The notes under the pieces were generated by a model. The model did no database searches and was not told the DNA's origin. It saw nothing but the letters and a program-made list of their open reading frames with translations. Of a stretch of DNA of 64,000 nt, positions 52,701 through 64,000 are shown one piece after another. The DNA comes from Cenococcum geophilum (Eukaryota). Every line of letters starts with the position of its first letter. The first letter of the stretch is position 1. The stretch is from NCBI GenBank assembly GCA_050273025.1, contig CP158636.1, positions 11,222,001-11,286,000 of the forward strand. Direction: 5' to 3'. Position numbers and translations under genes: made by a program.

Positions 52701-55700
52701 TAACGGGGACTTCCTTGACCTTAATTGTTATTACCTTTACCTATTATTAAAACTCTGTAGATAAGAAGTTCTTTCCTACGTTATAGACGATTTAATTAGG
52801 GGGTCCTAAGTAGATATTAATCCAGCATAATTAAAGAGTATCCTATATATTCTTAGCTGATATATCTTTTAAAAAGCGTGCGGCTTGGAAGGAGGTTAAG
52901 AAGTTAATAACTTAGAGTACTAGCTTACCGCTAAGATATATAACATCCATAATAATACAAAAGTTAAAGTTATAGTCATCTTTAAGGGTAAACTTAAATC
53001 GGCCAGGGGACTTTTAGTTTATTTAGCAGTGATAGTAGTACTTTATAAGATGTTTAATCACCTTAACCTTGACTTTATAACCTACTCGCTAAAGGACCCT
53101 AAGCAATTAGTAAACAGATAGGTGGCTAAAATAATGGTGTAGTTGATGTAACTCTGACTCGGTTAGGTGGCTTTAAGCAACGCTCCTTTCTGGCTATTAA
53201 AGGAGCAACTAAGGGTGACCCTACTTACGTATAATGGGCACCCGATTATCTCCCTGGATAAGTATATTCTTAAGGTTGTTAAGCTTAACGCCTAATTTGT
53301 TTATATCTCGGATGCAGAATAGGAACGGGGTATTCGCGGGAATAATGTGGAAAGTGATATATCCTAACAGGGTTTGGACCTTGATTGTGCCAAGAGAGAT
53401 TATAGTACCCTTGCTAAAGCGAATTATATATTGGCCTGCCGTTAATTGGTCAATCTAAATAGAACTATTAAGCTGCTGAAGAGCTCGGACTTAAGGTTCT
53501 CCTACTATAGATACTCCTGCGGCTCTAGTATCTAGCATAATACTATGAAAGACGTTTACCAAGTATTTATCATTAAAGGAGAACGCGAAACTTTCCTTTG
53601 GCTTATTAAAGATATCTAACCTTATGACAGAATGGAGCGTAGATTGGTTATTGAGGACAGTAACGGTTTATGTGCTATTTACCTTACTATACTTGGTGAA
53701 GTATTGGTTGGGAGAGTAGTTCTTAATTTCTATATCTATAAGGAGCTGTTTAGCCTCGTTAATCTCACCCTTAAGATCTTCTTCGCCTTTATATTAAACC
53801 AGAAAGCTTTAGAAGTAGGTTATAGTGACTTCTCAGTTTCTAACATTTTATGCGCTCTAGCGAAACTTATTATATGCCTCCTTTCGTCTATTAAGGGGGT
53901 GTCTAGTTAACTAGTAATTTGGCTTCTTACAAACGTAGCACTTCTTCTGCCAATTGTTGTGAAATGAACCTCTACGAGGACCTCCACGATTGCTTTATAG
54001 TCGACATTAATTGTATTCTCTACTGTATCCCCTGCCACGACCACCATATGTTTGATTAGTCTAGTTATAATTATATTAGTCGGCTGGGTTAATCGAAGTA
54101 GGTTGGGGTTAGGTGTTAAATTGCTATACTTCTTGAGAGCGTAGGGCGGTGCCGATAGAGGATCTTAATTGAGTATACACTCCTTTGTAAGTACTTGTAG
54201 GGTTAAAGAGAGTAAGGTTATATTCTTTAACACCTTAGTATGCGCTAATGACTTGATCGCGTAGGCTAAAGTCCTCTTAATATAATTTGGATAAACCACG
54301 CTGAATTATCTAGAGTTAATTAAAGAGCTTTTGAAGATAATCGAGTCGAGAGGTACCTGGGTTTGTAGCAATAATTCTTAGAAAGGTAGTCTCTCTCCAC
54401 TCTAATATATACTGCTGCTTATTCTCCTTTGTTTTAAAGTAGCATCTTATTTTATATATTATTCGGTTAAAATCGTATCCTTTTCCTGCCAAACAATCAT
54501 AGTAGAAGGTACTAGCTCGGCCCTTAAGCATAACTAAATAAGCAATGTGGTATTAATTAGGTTCTAGTCTAACCTTCTAGTAATAGTCATAAAAGATGCG
54601 TAACTTTAAATTAAGGATATTATACAGTTCTCCGCTAAACTTCTTCTCCTATTCTAAATAGAGCTTTATAAGCTTTATAAGCATTTTTAAGGTGCCTCCG
54701 ATTAGTATTTAGCTGCATTACATTATAGGCTACAATAGTGACGTAGATTTAGTCGGCGGAGTTTAAAGGTTATTAGACCGCGAAGCAAGGGGATCTTACG
54801 CTTATTAGGGGTTGTTAATTAAGGCTATAGGTTAAGCTAGTTAATATAGGGGAGTTAAAGATAGAGGTGGAGGCGATAAATATAGAACGTTAGAACTTAT
54901 GCCTGGAGCAATAGAGTTAGAACGCGTCTCTAGTGGTATATTACTTAGGTTCCATCATGATTTAAGCTTCTTTATAGTGCGTAGTTGGTGCTTAATCTCT
55001 TATAGAGTCTATTTATGCTCTTCCTTTATATTAATAACGTGTTCCTAAATATTGTCCCTAATACTACCCCCATCCATAGGGACAAATACTCTATACTTTT
55101 AAAGGAAGTTACGGAAGTCCCGTACAATATCTTTATTTATAGGAACCTATGTTTCCTTTATCCATCCGATAAAGTCCTCCTTTATACAATACTATAGCGC
55201 GGTATTATCGTATTCGCTGTCTTTATAGTGTTCTATATAGTGTACTAAGAATCCATTTAGGTCCTGTTGCTTAGTGGTTGCAAAGTTGGTTACGGCTCTG
55301 TCCTATATCTCCGGGTTAATGTCTTTCTTATACTTCTTTGGATAGGTTAACGCTATAGTGGGTAGAATCGACGAGGTGTTGTACGTCGAAGGTAGGTAGG
55401 ATTTTCGGTTTTATAGGATCTCGTAGGTTTGCTGTTAAAAGGTAGGCAATTTAAGATGTTATTTAACGCGTTTTGGACGTTGACTTAAGACCTTAGGTTT
55501 AGTGACACTTCTAACCTAAAGTACTTAACCAAATCTTCGTAAACGTAATTATTCTGTGTGATAGACGCAACTTAGTATCTCCTAGTACTTAGTGACACTT
55601 CTATTACTAGTTTTCCGCAGGTTTAAGGTAGTATAGTATCGCCGGGATCCATTCCATATGAGTGTATATAGCACCCCTGTACGAGACTGTCTCTTCTATT

Positions 55701-55948
55701 GATAACCTAGCTGCTCTATAGTTAACTGTGTATTTAACTACTGATTAGTGTTGGAAATATAGGGCAAATCACTAATACTACTTGAGTAGATATAGTGATA
55801 GAAAAGGTTAATTGATTATAGGAATAAGGAAAGGGGTGAGGAACTTAAGTTTCCTTACCACGCTAGGGCCACGTCAATACGTGACGGCAATATGCCTTAC
55901 GTGACGGCAATATGCCTTACGCGACGGCAACTTGCCTTATTCCCGACA
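49776..55948 (-). mobile_element. Full-length Ty1/Copia-type LTR retrotransposon (6173 bp), moderately RIP-mutated
   Basis: 200-bp LTRs 49776-49975 and 55749-55948 (TG...CA); TSD ATATT (49771-49775, 55949-55953). Order gag knuckle (KCYVCKKPN), PR (IMLDTRAA), IN, RT (MQTDDIIIL), RNase H (DNPVD) is the Copia order. Confidence 0.93.
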
Positions 55949-56473
55949 ATATTAAGCTTCTTTAATAGTTAATAGGTCTTAATATTTATTAAACGTAATA
56001 GAACCTCGTCGCCTACTCTAAAATGCTTGTCCTAGTGCTTACGATTATACTAAAGTCTCTACTACTCTTAGGTATTTTATAGGCTCTGCTTTATATACTT
56101 TTATTACTCCTTCTATCTATAAAGGTATCCTTATACTCTTTAGTAAATATCCTTAAACTTTCTAGTAAGATCCTATAACTAATTATACGGCCTTAGCTGG
56201 TAATTATTAGGTATACTATTAAACCCTAATAGTTAAACGCTGTAGGTAATCTGGATTAGTGCAAACTAATATAATAAATATTGCTTTAAATTGTAAGCGT
56301 ACTCTATATATAAAAGTAGCTTATACTAATTATCTTGCTAATAGTTTAAGTTTATTTATAGGTAAGACTCCAGTTCCTGGTTTTAGGGTTCTATTTATCT
56401 ATCCGTCTATAAACGGAAAGCTATACTATAATAGTAGTCTATCTTTAAATGGAAGCATAGGTCTAGCTAGTAT

Positions 56474-56706
56474 TATAGTAGGGTAAAATGGCTTACGCCT
56501 AGCACCTTGGCGTTTTCCTATATTTATAGAGCCTTCGGCTTCCCTCCTTAGACATTAGGATCTACGAGAATACATTCTTTCCTTTCTTCTTACTAACTGC
56601 TTTCCTACTAATTAATTACGACTAACGACTAATTAACTAACCGACCGACCGACAGACAGATAGTATTATAACTTTCTATCTAAGAGGGACCGCGTACACT
56701 ACCACA
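56474..56706. mobile_element. Solo LTR, 233 bp, inside the Gypsy B integrase
   Basis: Termini TATAGTAG (RIP of TGTGGTAG)...CTACCACA; 4-bp TSD GTAT (56470-56473, 56707-56710); removal restores the integrase frame. Confidence 0.8.
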
Positions 56707-57338
56707 GTATTAGCTTATAAAGACGCTGTCCCTATTAGTAATAATAGAGTATGGCTAATCTACTTTAAGAAAGCATTTTTCCTTAATTAGGTTAGTAAGC
56801 GCTTTTACATTACTTATCTTATTAACGGAAAGGTATTAGACGTACTTTAAAACCCTATTAATAAGTATAAGGACCGAATGATATATTCGTCCTTGGCTAT
56901 TTTAGATAGTAGGAGATCCGTAATAAAATCTATAGCGTAATGTTACTATAGCTTACTAGTGGGGGGAACTAATTTAAGTAGACCCTATAGCTTGTGCCTG
57001 CGGATTTTATATACTTAATACTTCTTATAATAGCTAATATACTCCTTTACTTCCTAATTAAGCTTTAGCTAATAATATTTACGCTAAAGTAATTCTACTA
57101 TTTTTACTTAACTATAGTGTCCGCCTAGAGGATTATTATAATTCTTTATAAGAATCTTCTATTATAGGTTTGCTTCTTATAGCACCTAAACCTTACTACC
57201 TCTATATAATAGGCCTATTAGGTCTAGTTCCTAATAGTAGCGCCTAGTAGCTTTCTTTCTATTACGTTTTTAGTCTATTTCTATATTAAAGATTATATAG
57301 AAAGTATCCCTCTATTATATCTTATGGATAAGATCTAT

Positions 57339-57764
57339 TATTACGGACCTTATATTAGTAGTAGTAATGTTACTAAGAAGAGATATAAATAGACTAGTAG
57401 TAAAAGCACGGGAGGTATTAGAGCTAGTTAAACTATAGGACGAGGGGTAGCTAAGTTATATAGTTAGTTACATTACAAGTTTGGAACGTGGGATCTGTAG
57501 GATCTATAGGATCTAGTTATATACCTTATATACCTTACGTACCTTATATACTCAGTATTTCTTAGGCGCAGTATTGTGTATTTAAAGGACTACAGTCCCT
57601 ACCTAGATAGTTCTCTTCTTTATAGTAAATCTTAGAATATAATTAGAATTAATCTATTAAGCAACTACTCCACCAGTTATTATTACGTTGTTGACTTCCT
57701 ATTTACCTATATACCCGGCCCATTAATAAGTCTACCGTAGTATTTCCTATAAGGCTTCGTTATA
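57339..57764 (+). mobile_element. Solo LTR of Gypsy family A2, 426 bp
   Basis: TSD TCTAT (57334-57338, 57765-57769); closely similar to LTR 57814-58237. Confidence 0.9.
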
Positions 57765-58424
57765 TCTATTAACCTTTTAAACAGTTTTTAGGTAAAAGCT
57801 ATTTTGTTCTATATATTACGGACCTTATATTAGCAGTAGTAGCACTACTAAAAAGAGATATAAATAGACTAGTAGTAGAAGGATAGGAGGTACTAAAACT
57901 AGTTAAACTATAGAATAAGGGGTAGCTAAGTTATATAGTTAGTTACACTATAAATTTAAAACGTAGGATCTGTAAAATCTATTAGAACGTTATATATTTA
58001 GATTATTTAATATACTAACGTACTTAAGTATTTCTTAGGCGCAGTATCGTGTATTTAAAGGACTATAGTCCCTACCTAGATAGTTCTCTTCTTTATAGTA
58101 AATCTTAGAATATAATTAGAGTTAATCTATTAGGCAACTACTCCACTAGTTATTATTATATTATTAACTTCTTATTTACCTATATACCTAGCCTATTAGC
58201 AAGTCTACTATAGTATTTCCTATAAGGCTTCGTTATATATTTACTACCTAGTTATAGTATTAATAAAGTTAAATAATATACTACTAAAAGCACTAGTTAC
58301 GACGCTATTAATAGTAGCAACTACTTTAGGAATAAGTGGGGATACTAGTATACAGGATATAGATTTACAGCTAGTTACAGTAGGTTAACTACAGAAAATA
58401 GTTAATTAATTAATAGATAATAAC

Positions 58425-58549
58425 TGTTAGGTAACGATAAGGGGCAACGAATATATATATATTAGTTACCGAGCCCGTCAAACCATTTAGTTTAACACTG
58501 TACCTTTTTAGCCAGTTACGTTTGTTTGGCTCGGTGGGCGATCGTTATA
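58425..58549. mobile_element. 125-bp solo LTR (TRIM-sized) inside A2 gag
   Basis: TGTTAGG...CGTTATA termini; TSD ATAAC (58420-58424, 58550-58554); absent from the A1 gag. Confidence 0.8.
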
Positions 58550-60844
58550 ATAACTAGATATTTAAGGAATAAATTAATGGTATCGGAGCAGTAAAGGTTA
58601 AGTTATTATTAGTTAAGCGATTCTTAGGCGAGAAGTTAAATCTTAAAGGGTTTTTTAGTATAAATGCGTTTTAAGGTAATATAGAAGGGTATAAAGCTTG
58701 CTATGCTAATAGACTAAGTAGTTTATATAGGATTGTTTCTAATAGGAAGAGCACTTAAGTAGTTTAAACTTTACTTTATTAAAATATAAGAGAACGGAAG
58801 CATAACTATAAACCTAGAGGTTAAGTTTATATTCTTAAGTTAGGGAGGATTTATAGAACAACCTATATAGATATTTAGGGACCTAGAAGTAACTACTACG
58901 ATAAAAAAAAGCTTTAAAACCTAGTATAATAAACCTTAGTAATTAAGTATATAACGTAGTTTTAAACACTAGCTATATAGGTTAAATAGAATAATAGGGC
59001 GCTTATAGTATAGTATAAATAGGGACTTAAAGCAAAAGTCTAGGACGCGATTATTCTAATAAAAGATGCGGATATACTTAAGAAACTAATAGATTAAGTA
59101 ATTAAGATTAATAATAGGGTCTATTAATAAGAATAGGCCAAAAAAAGTTAAAATAGAGTTCTATAGTTATATAAGGCGTAGGGCACGCGTTAACTAAGTT
59201 AAAAACTATAGAATAGTGGACTAGAGCTAATAGACCTAAGCGGTACTAAAGAGTATAAGGGTAAATAACTATAGAAACCTAGAGGATAAAGATTAAGTAA
59301 TTAAAGGTTTAAGAAGCAGAGGCTAAACTAGGAATCTTAGTAGCAGAAGATATTTAGGCGGACTCTATAATAAGAGAAATAGTTTAAAGAAGGAGCTTAT
59401 ATAAATTGCGGAAAATAGGGTTATTTTGCTAGAAACTATAAAGACGGTTAGAGAAATTATATAGTGAAGGGAATTAGACTAGTAGACGATATATATATAT
59501 ATAGAGATAATAGTATACTACGAGGAACTAAAGAGTATTTAATTAAAAGCTTTGCGTTTTATTATAATAATGTATACTAAATTTATAAAGACGCTAAGTA
59601 TAGCGTAAGCTATTAGCCGTAGGAGCTAAAATTATTAGAGTTTAAAGGAACTAATAAACTATCTTATAGATTAAATATTAAAGATAATAAGTTTAATATA
59701 GGCGAAATATTTAGCGACAATAAGGTAATAAAGGTAGCTTACTAGGAGTATATAAACCTTAGAGATATTATAATAGAGGTAGAAGTTAAATCCACTATAA
59801 AGGATGGATTAGTAATAGGGATTAAGACTCTATTAAATATAATATCTATTACTTTATAAGACGTAAGAGAAGTAAGATAGTAAACTACTTTAGCACTTAA
59901 TAAAGGCAAAAGGCTAAAGGCTTAAGATTCTTAAGATAAGATAAGAGACGCTTAAGATTCCTAAAGGGGGATAAGATAAGCTTAAGGACCTATAACGGAC
60001 AATAACTAATAAAGTAGAGTAGTAGCTTAGTTTAAGAATATATAAATAAGTATAGAATAAAGTTTTTTAAAGGTATAAGATTCTTAAAACAAAATAAGAA
60101 ATAGGACTTAAGACTCTAAAGAAAGGATAAGAGTATAAGCTAGTTATTTATAAGGATAGATTAAAGTAGAAGACTAGAAAGATAAGATTTCCGCAATAAA
60201 GGAAAGGAGTCCTATAATAGGTAAATAAAGTATTTAGCCTTAAAGTTAAACAGTTAATACTAAAATTATAAAGTTTATAGATCTAAAGGATTCTATAGCT
60301 AGATATAAACTAGGAAAAAACTAAAAAGGATTTAAGAATTAAATTAAAGCGTGGTAAGAATAAAGAGGCTACTAAGGGTTAAAAATACTGGGTAGACTAA
60401 GGGTTAAAGTACTTATACGGAAGATTACTAATAGGCTAAGAATAGGTACGCTAAGAGTAAAGTAGCTTAAAGTACTAGAATAAGAAAAAGACCTAAAGGT
60501 TCTAACTATATTTAAAAAAAAATAGCATACTAAAGGTTATAATAACGTAGTAATAACGAGATATTTCCTTATAAATAGGTTATATATGCTTACAAAACTA
60601 TATTAAAAGTAGTATAAATAGTAATATAATAATAAGTGGAAAGACTTTTATATATAGCTAGATAAAAAAAGTTGTTTAAAATTAAGCGATTATAAAGAAG
60701 CGTATAAGTTATATTAAAGGAGTATTAATTATAATATTAAGAAATCTAAAAGGAAGATTAGAGAACTAGAGAAGTAAGAGATAAATTATAGTACCTGCAA
60801 ATAAGAGACTAGCGTTTAGATTAGCTAGATAAAGGTTTAAACTT

Positions 60845-63483
60845 TTTTTAAAATTTTTTTTTTAGGTCCATTATATTATACTACGTATAATACTACGCAT
60901 GTAGCCTCTAGGCTATAGCGCTATAGCTCTATATATATAAATCCTTCTTAGGCAGCTTAATATATACTAGTAACTATATCCTAGTAGTTTATAGCTACTT
61001 AGTAAAAATACTAGGTTACTAATAACTATTAAGTAATAAGAAAACAATAGAAAAGATTCTAAAAAATAAGAAATTCTAACGCCTGTCCCTATCCTTTTGT
61101 AAATTATTTCTATCCTCTTACTTCCTATTATCTATCTACTAAAAGCCTAGTAGGAGTTACCTCCTAAAGATCCTACTGCTATTAGCTACTTTCTAGTAGC
61201 TATTTCTATCCTATTTAGGAATAGAAAAAGAGCTTCTCTTCCTTTCTTTATACAAAATAACTTCTTTAGAGAGAGAGAAGAGCCTAGTTACCTTTATATA
61301 TTCTTTTTCTCTTCTTTATATAGGCTGTAGTCTAGTAGTAGGTGCTTAGGGGTTTATATAGCAGTACATTCTCTAAAGCATCTACCTTCTTCGTCCTTTC
61401 CTATTGTTCTAGAAAAGGATTTAAAGTAACCCTTTCCTAGTTTTAGCTGGAAGAAAGCTAATTATAGCTTTTTAGGATATCTATCCTTAGGTGCTTTAAG
61501 AGAAAAGGAATAGCTTCCTTTACAGATCCTAGTATAGTGTTTTCCTTTATTCTTGTTCTGTTGCCAATTGTTTTTCCACTATTCTAGTATCTTTTCTCTT
61601 GCTACTCTCCCTATATAGGATAAAGAAGTATAAGAAGACTTTATTTTTCTTCTAGAGAGACGCTTTTTAGCTAGTTTATCTACTATTTCGTTTTTATAGA
61701 TTCCTAAGTAGCTAGGAACTTAATAGAAGTTAATAGAAATACCTTTACTAGCTAAATAGGCAGGTAGTTATATATACTAGTAGTACTAATAATATAGTAG
61801 AGTTTACTATGCCTACTTATCTAGGCCTCTACCTTAGTTTTCTAGTACTTTATCCCAACTATAAGTAGTTAGCTACTACCACCAATTATATAGGGATTCT
61901 CACTAGTTCTTACGGATATTTTATAATAGGGTTAGCCCAAGTACCAGTCCGCCCCCCAGCAGTCTATATAAGAGTTTCCTTCTAAAGTTAGTACGCTTTT
62001 ATACGGCTTAGGAGCCTTCTATAGCCTCTAGTTTTACGCCTCTCTTTATTATTTCCGCCGGCGCGGGCATAAGCTACTATTTTTAGGGGTCGCAACTCCT
62101 GTTTTACGCGCCTACTAACGTAGTCCTATAAGGGCGTTATAGCTGCATCCTATAATATAATTAGGTATACCTTCTATGGTTAAGGTCCAGCCAAAGCCCC
62201 TTCCGCCTAAGTAACTCCTATTTACTCTATAAGTATATCTTACCAGTATACCGTCCTAGCGAACGGTTCCGTCTGTTAATATACCAATACGCGCCTCCGT
62301 TCTCTTAAGCTACGTAGTAGTTTCTCCGGCTAGGACGTAATTCTACCTACCTACTAGGTGCACTAGGGGTTAGGGCCTAGTTAAGGGGTAAGGTCCCTAG
62401 AGCTAGTAGTAACTACTACGTACTACGCTTTATAGGAGGCTAGTAGTAATATAGGGGCGCAACACCCTATATACTACCAGTTCTGTTTCGCGTTACCTAT
62501 AAGAGTCTCCTTATAATAGGCCGACCGTGTCTTATAGGAGAGGGGCTATAAAGATACTAGGTCCCACACCGGACGACCTGCTTCCCCCTCTCCTACTAAC
62601 TAAGCTTATATCCCCCCTTTTTATTAGCTGGCCTATATCTCTAACTATTAAGTCCTCGTCTAACTAGCCTATATTTCCCCTATAGCCTCTCCCATATATA
62701 TATGCATTAGGTTATATATACCACGCCTATTAAGACCCTCCTATAAGTTACCTTTTAATGCTATAGGGCTGTTAAAGCTGGCCTGTATTTCCGCTGCCTA
62801 GAGCTTTACCCGTATTTCTACCTCGTTAAGCCGTCTGGTTGCCGTCGCGTTGCCATTACATTACTATCGCGTCACCGTTACATCGTTATTAACCAGGTTG
62901 CGCGTACTACGCCTATTAAGACCCTCTTTTAAGTCGCTTAGGTGTACTGGATACCAGATAGGCCCTTAAAGGGGCCTTAACAAGTTCTTTACGGTGGCCT
63001 TAGGGCCTTAATAAGTTTCGTATAATTCTATAACGCGTTAACCTTAACAAGTTCTTATAAGCAGAGGTTCCCTACGCCCTCGCCGCGTTCCTTTGCGGTC
63101 TTAGAGCTAGTGTAAGCCCAAGGGTGTCCTGTTATACGTCTAGGTCGCGTTTACGTTAACTAGCTAAATAAGGCTAGTTTTGGGCCTGGCTATGAGCCAG
63201 GTAGTTGTATATTGGGTGGTTTTCGTATCCCAGTTTCCCTTAATAGCCCCCCTAGATAGTAGAGCAGGAACTTTAGGCGGAGGCAGTAGGACTCCTGGTG
63301 TTGTTAAGGGCGATGCTTCGTACGCGTCGCAGGCTTAACACCACAGAACCGCGACGACAGCGCGCTGCACGCGCTGCGACGGCTCCCTACCATCGCCTCT
63401 GCACTTGGCCATCAAAAGAAACGATTTTCTAATAATGTTTCCACCCGCGGCGACGTAGACGCGTATAGTAGGGCTTCGCGGGC
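60845..63483 (-). mobile_element. Chimeric non-LTR retroposon: ~1.7 kb of unrecognised 5' sequence fused to a Tad1-like LINE 3' end with a poly(A) tail
   Basis: 12-bp TSD AGGTTTAAACTT (60833-60844, 63484-63495); T-tracts at 60843-60863. Minus frame FY*VPSYLGIYKNEIVDKLAK (RNase H WVPxHxGIxGNExADxLAK) at ~61670-61735 and FFQLKLGKGYFKSF...CFRECTAI*TPKHLLLDY (CCHC knuckle) at ~61325-61455. Confidence 0.85.
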
Positions 63484-64000
63484 AGGTTTAAACTTAAAAG
63501 TAAAGATAAGCTAAGAGTTAACCTAAAGCACCTAGCGTATTATATATTGGCATAGATTATATATATAGATAAGATATATAATATGCACAAAAATCTAAAA
63601 GAAAAGAATTAAAAGTACCCTATAAGGATATATTAGGCGCTAAATAAGTAATAGTATTTAGTAGAAGTTTAGGGGTTAGGAGACTTAATACTTTAACTAA
63701 AAAAATTCCTTACGGAAGAATGCTTAAATAAATAATAGTAGTGGGAATGCCTAGAGAATATATATCTATAGTATATTAAGAATAAAAAGCGAACTAGGTA
63801 TTAGCTAAAGAGTAAGCTAAGTATATAAGGATTAAGCAGCTAATAGTTAGGAAAAGTAAAGACCTATAGGACTAAAGAGAGCTAGTAGTAAAGCCTTAAA
63901 CCCTTAAAGGAATTTAAGAACGGTACTTAAATTTATAAGTTAATTGGCAAGATTAATAGTTTAAAGCATTAATAGATAGTGGAGTAATAAGAAACTATAT

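Larger units (their letters stand above)
38989..57813 (-). mobile_element. Ty3/Gypsy chromovirus family B, fragmented by nested insertions. 3' LTR = 38989-39157 + 47113-47159; 2.2-kb 3' region; chromodomain ~49420-49600; integrase 49620-49775 and 55949-57338
   Basis: LTR termini T(G)TAAGGG...CCCTTA(C)A; PPT AAAAAGGGGGGG at ~47163-47174 (minus). The integrase frame (AFRL*TDR*IEP*NQELESYL, KYLGPF*IKER) is restored when nested elements and one TSD copy are removed. Confidence 0.85.
57814..64000 (+). mobile_element. Gypsy family A2 element: 5' LTR 57814-58237, gag, start of protease; runs off the window
   Basis: Internal region colinear with the reverse complement of A1 (ttactacctagttatagtattaat..., gag, ALIDSGV protease motif at ~63965-63985). 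Confidence 0.9.

Noticed and set aside
62365..62380. Telomere-like GGGGTTAGGG in the chimeric retroposon (telomerase-RNA template idea)
   Set aside because: A single short match is expected by chance; no supporting structure identified.

Overview
Filamentous-ascomycete (Pezizomycotina-type) genomic DNA, judged from GT-AG introns with CTAAC branch sites and pervasive RIP-type C->T / G->A mutation (TpA excess, TAA/TAG-riddled frames). Layout: (1) 1-1.7 kb, RIP-mutated repeat with a 12-bp minisatellite. (2) 1.7-14 kb, GC-balanced island with the only intact gene (5-exon Kelch-type single-pass membrane protein, 7777-9870), a frameshifted Fic-domain pseudogene and three non-autonomous DNA transposons with readable TIRs and TSDs. 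(3) 14.4-22.3 kb, four ordinary host-type genes destroyed by RIP (TM/F-box-like, fungal hypothetical, DUF1399, class-3 lipase). (4) 22.36-32.95 kb, a head-to-tail trimer of a ~3.5-kb Crypton tyrosine-recombinase transposon, with units joined through a single TAG(G/A)TA core. (5) 33.2-64 kb, a deeply nested retroelement pile (Gypsy/chromovirus families, a Copia, solo LTRs, two non-LTR insertions), mostly resolvable by target-site duplications. Most notable: the Crypton concatemer, antisense Cys6-type accessory ORFs in the 3' regions of two Gypsy elements, and a chimeric retroposon (1.7 kb of unknown sequence fused to a LINE 3' end under one TSD). Protein calls in RIP-mutated DNA rely on manual de-RIPing and motif recall, not database searches; pseudogene ends are approximate.
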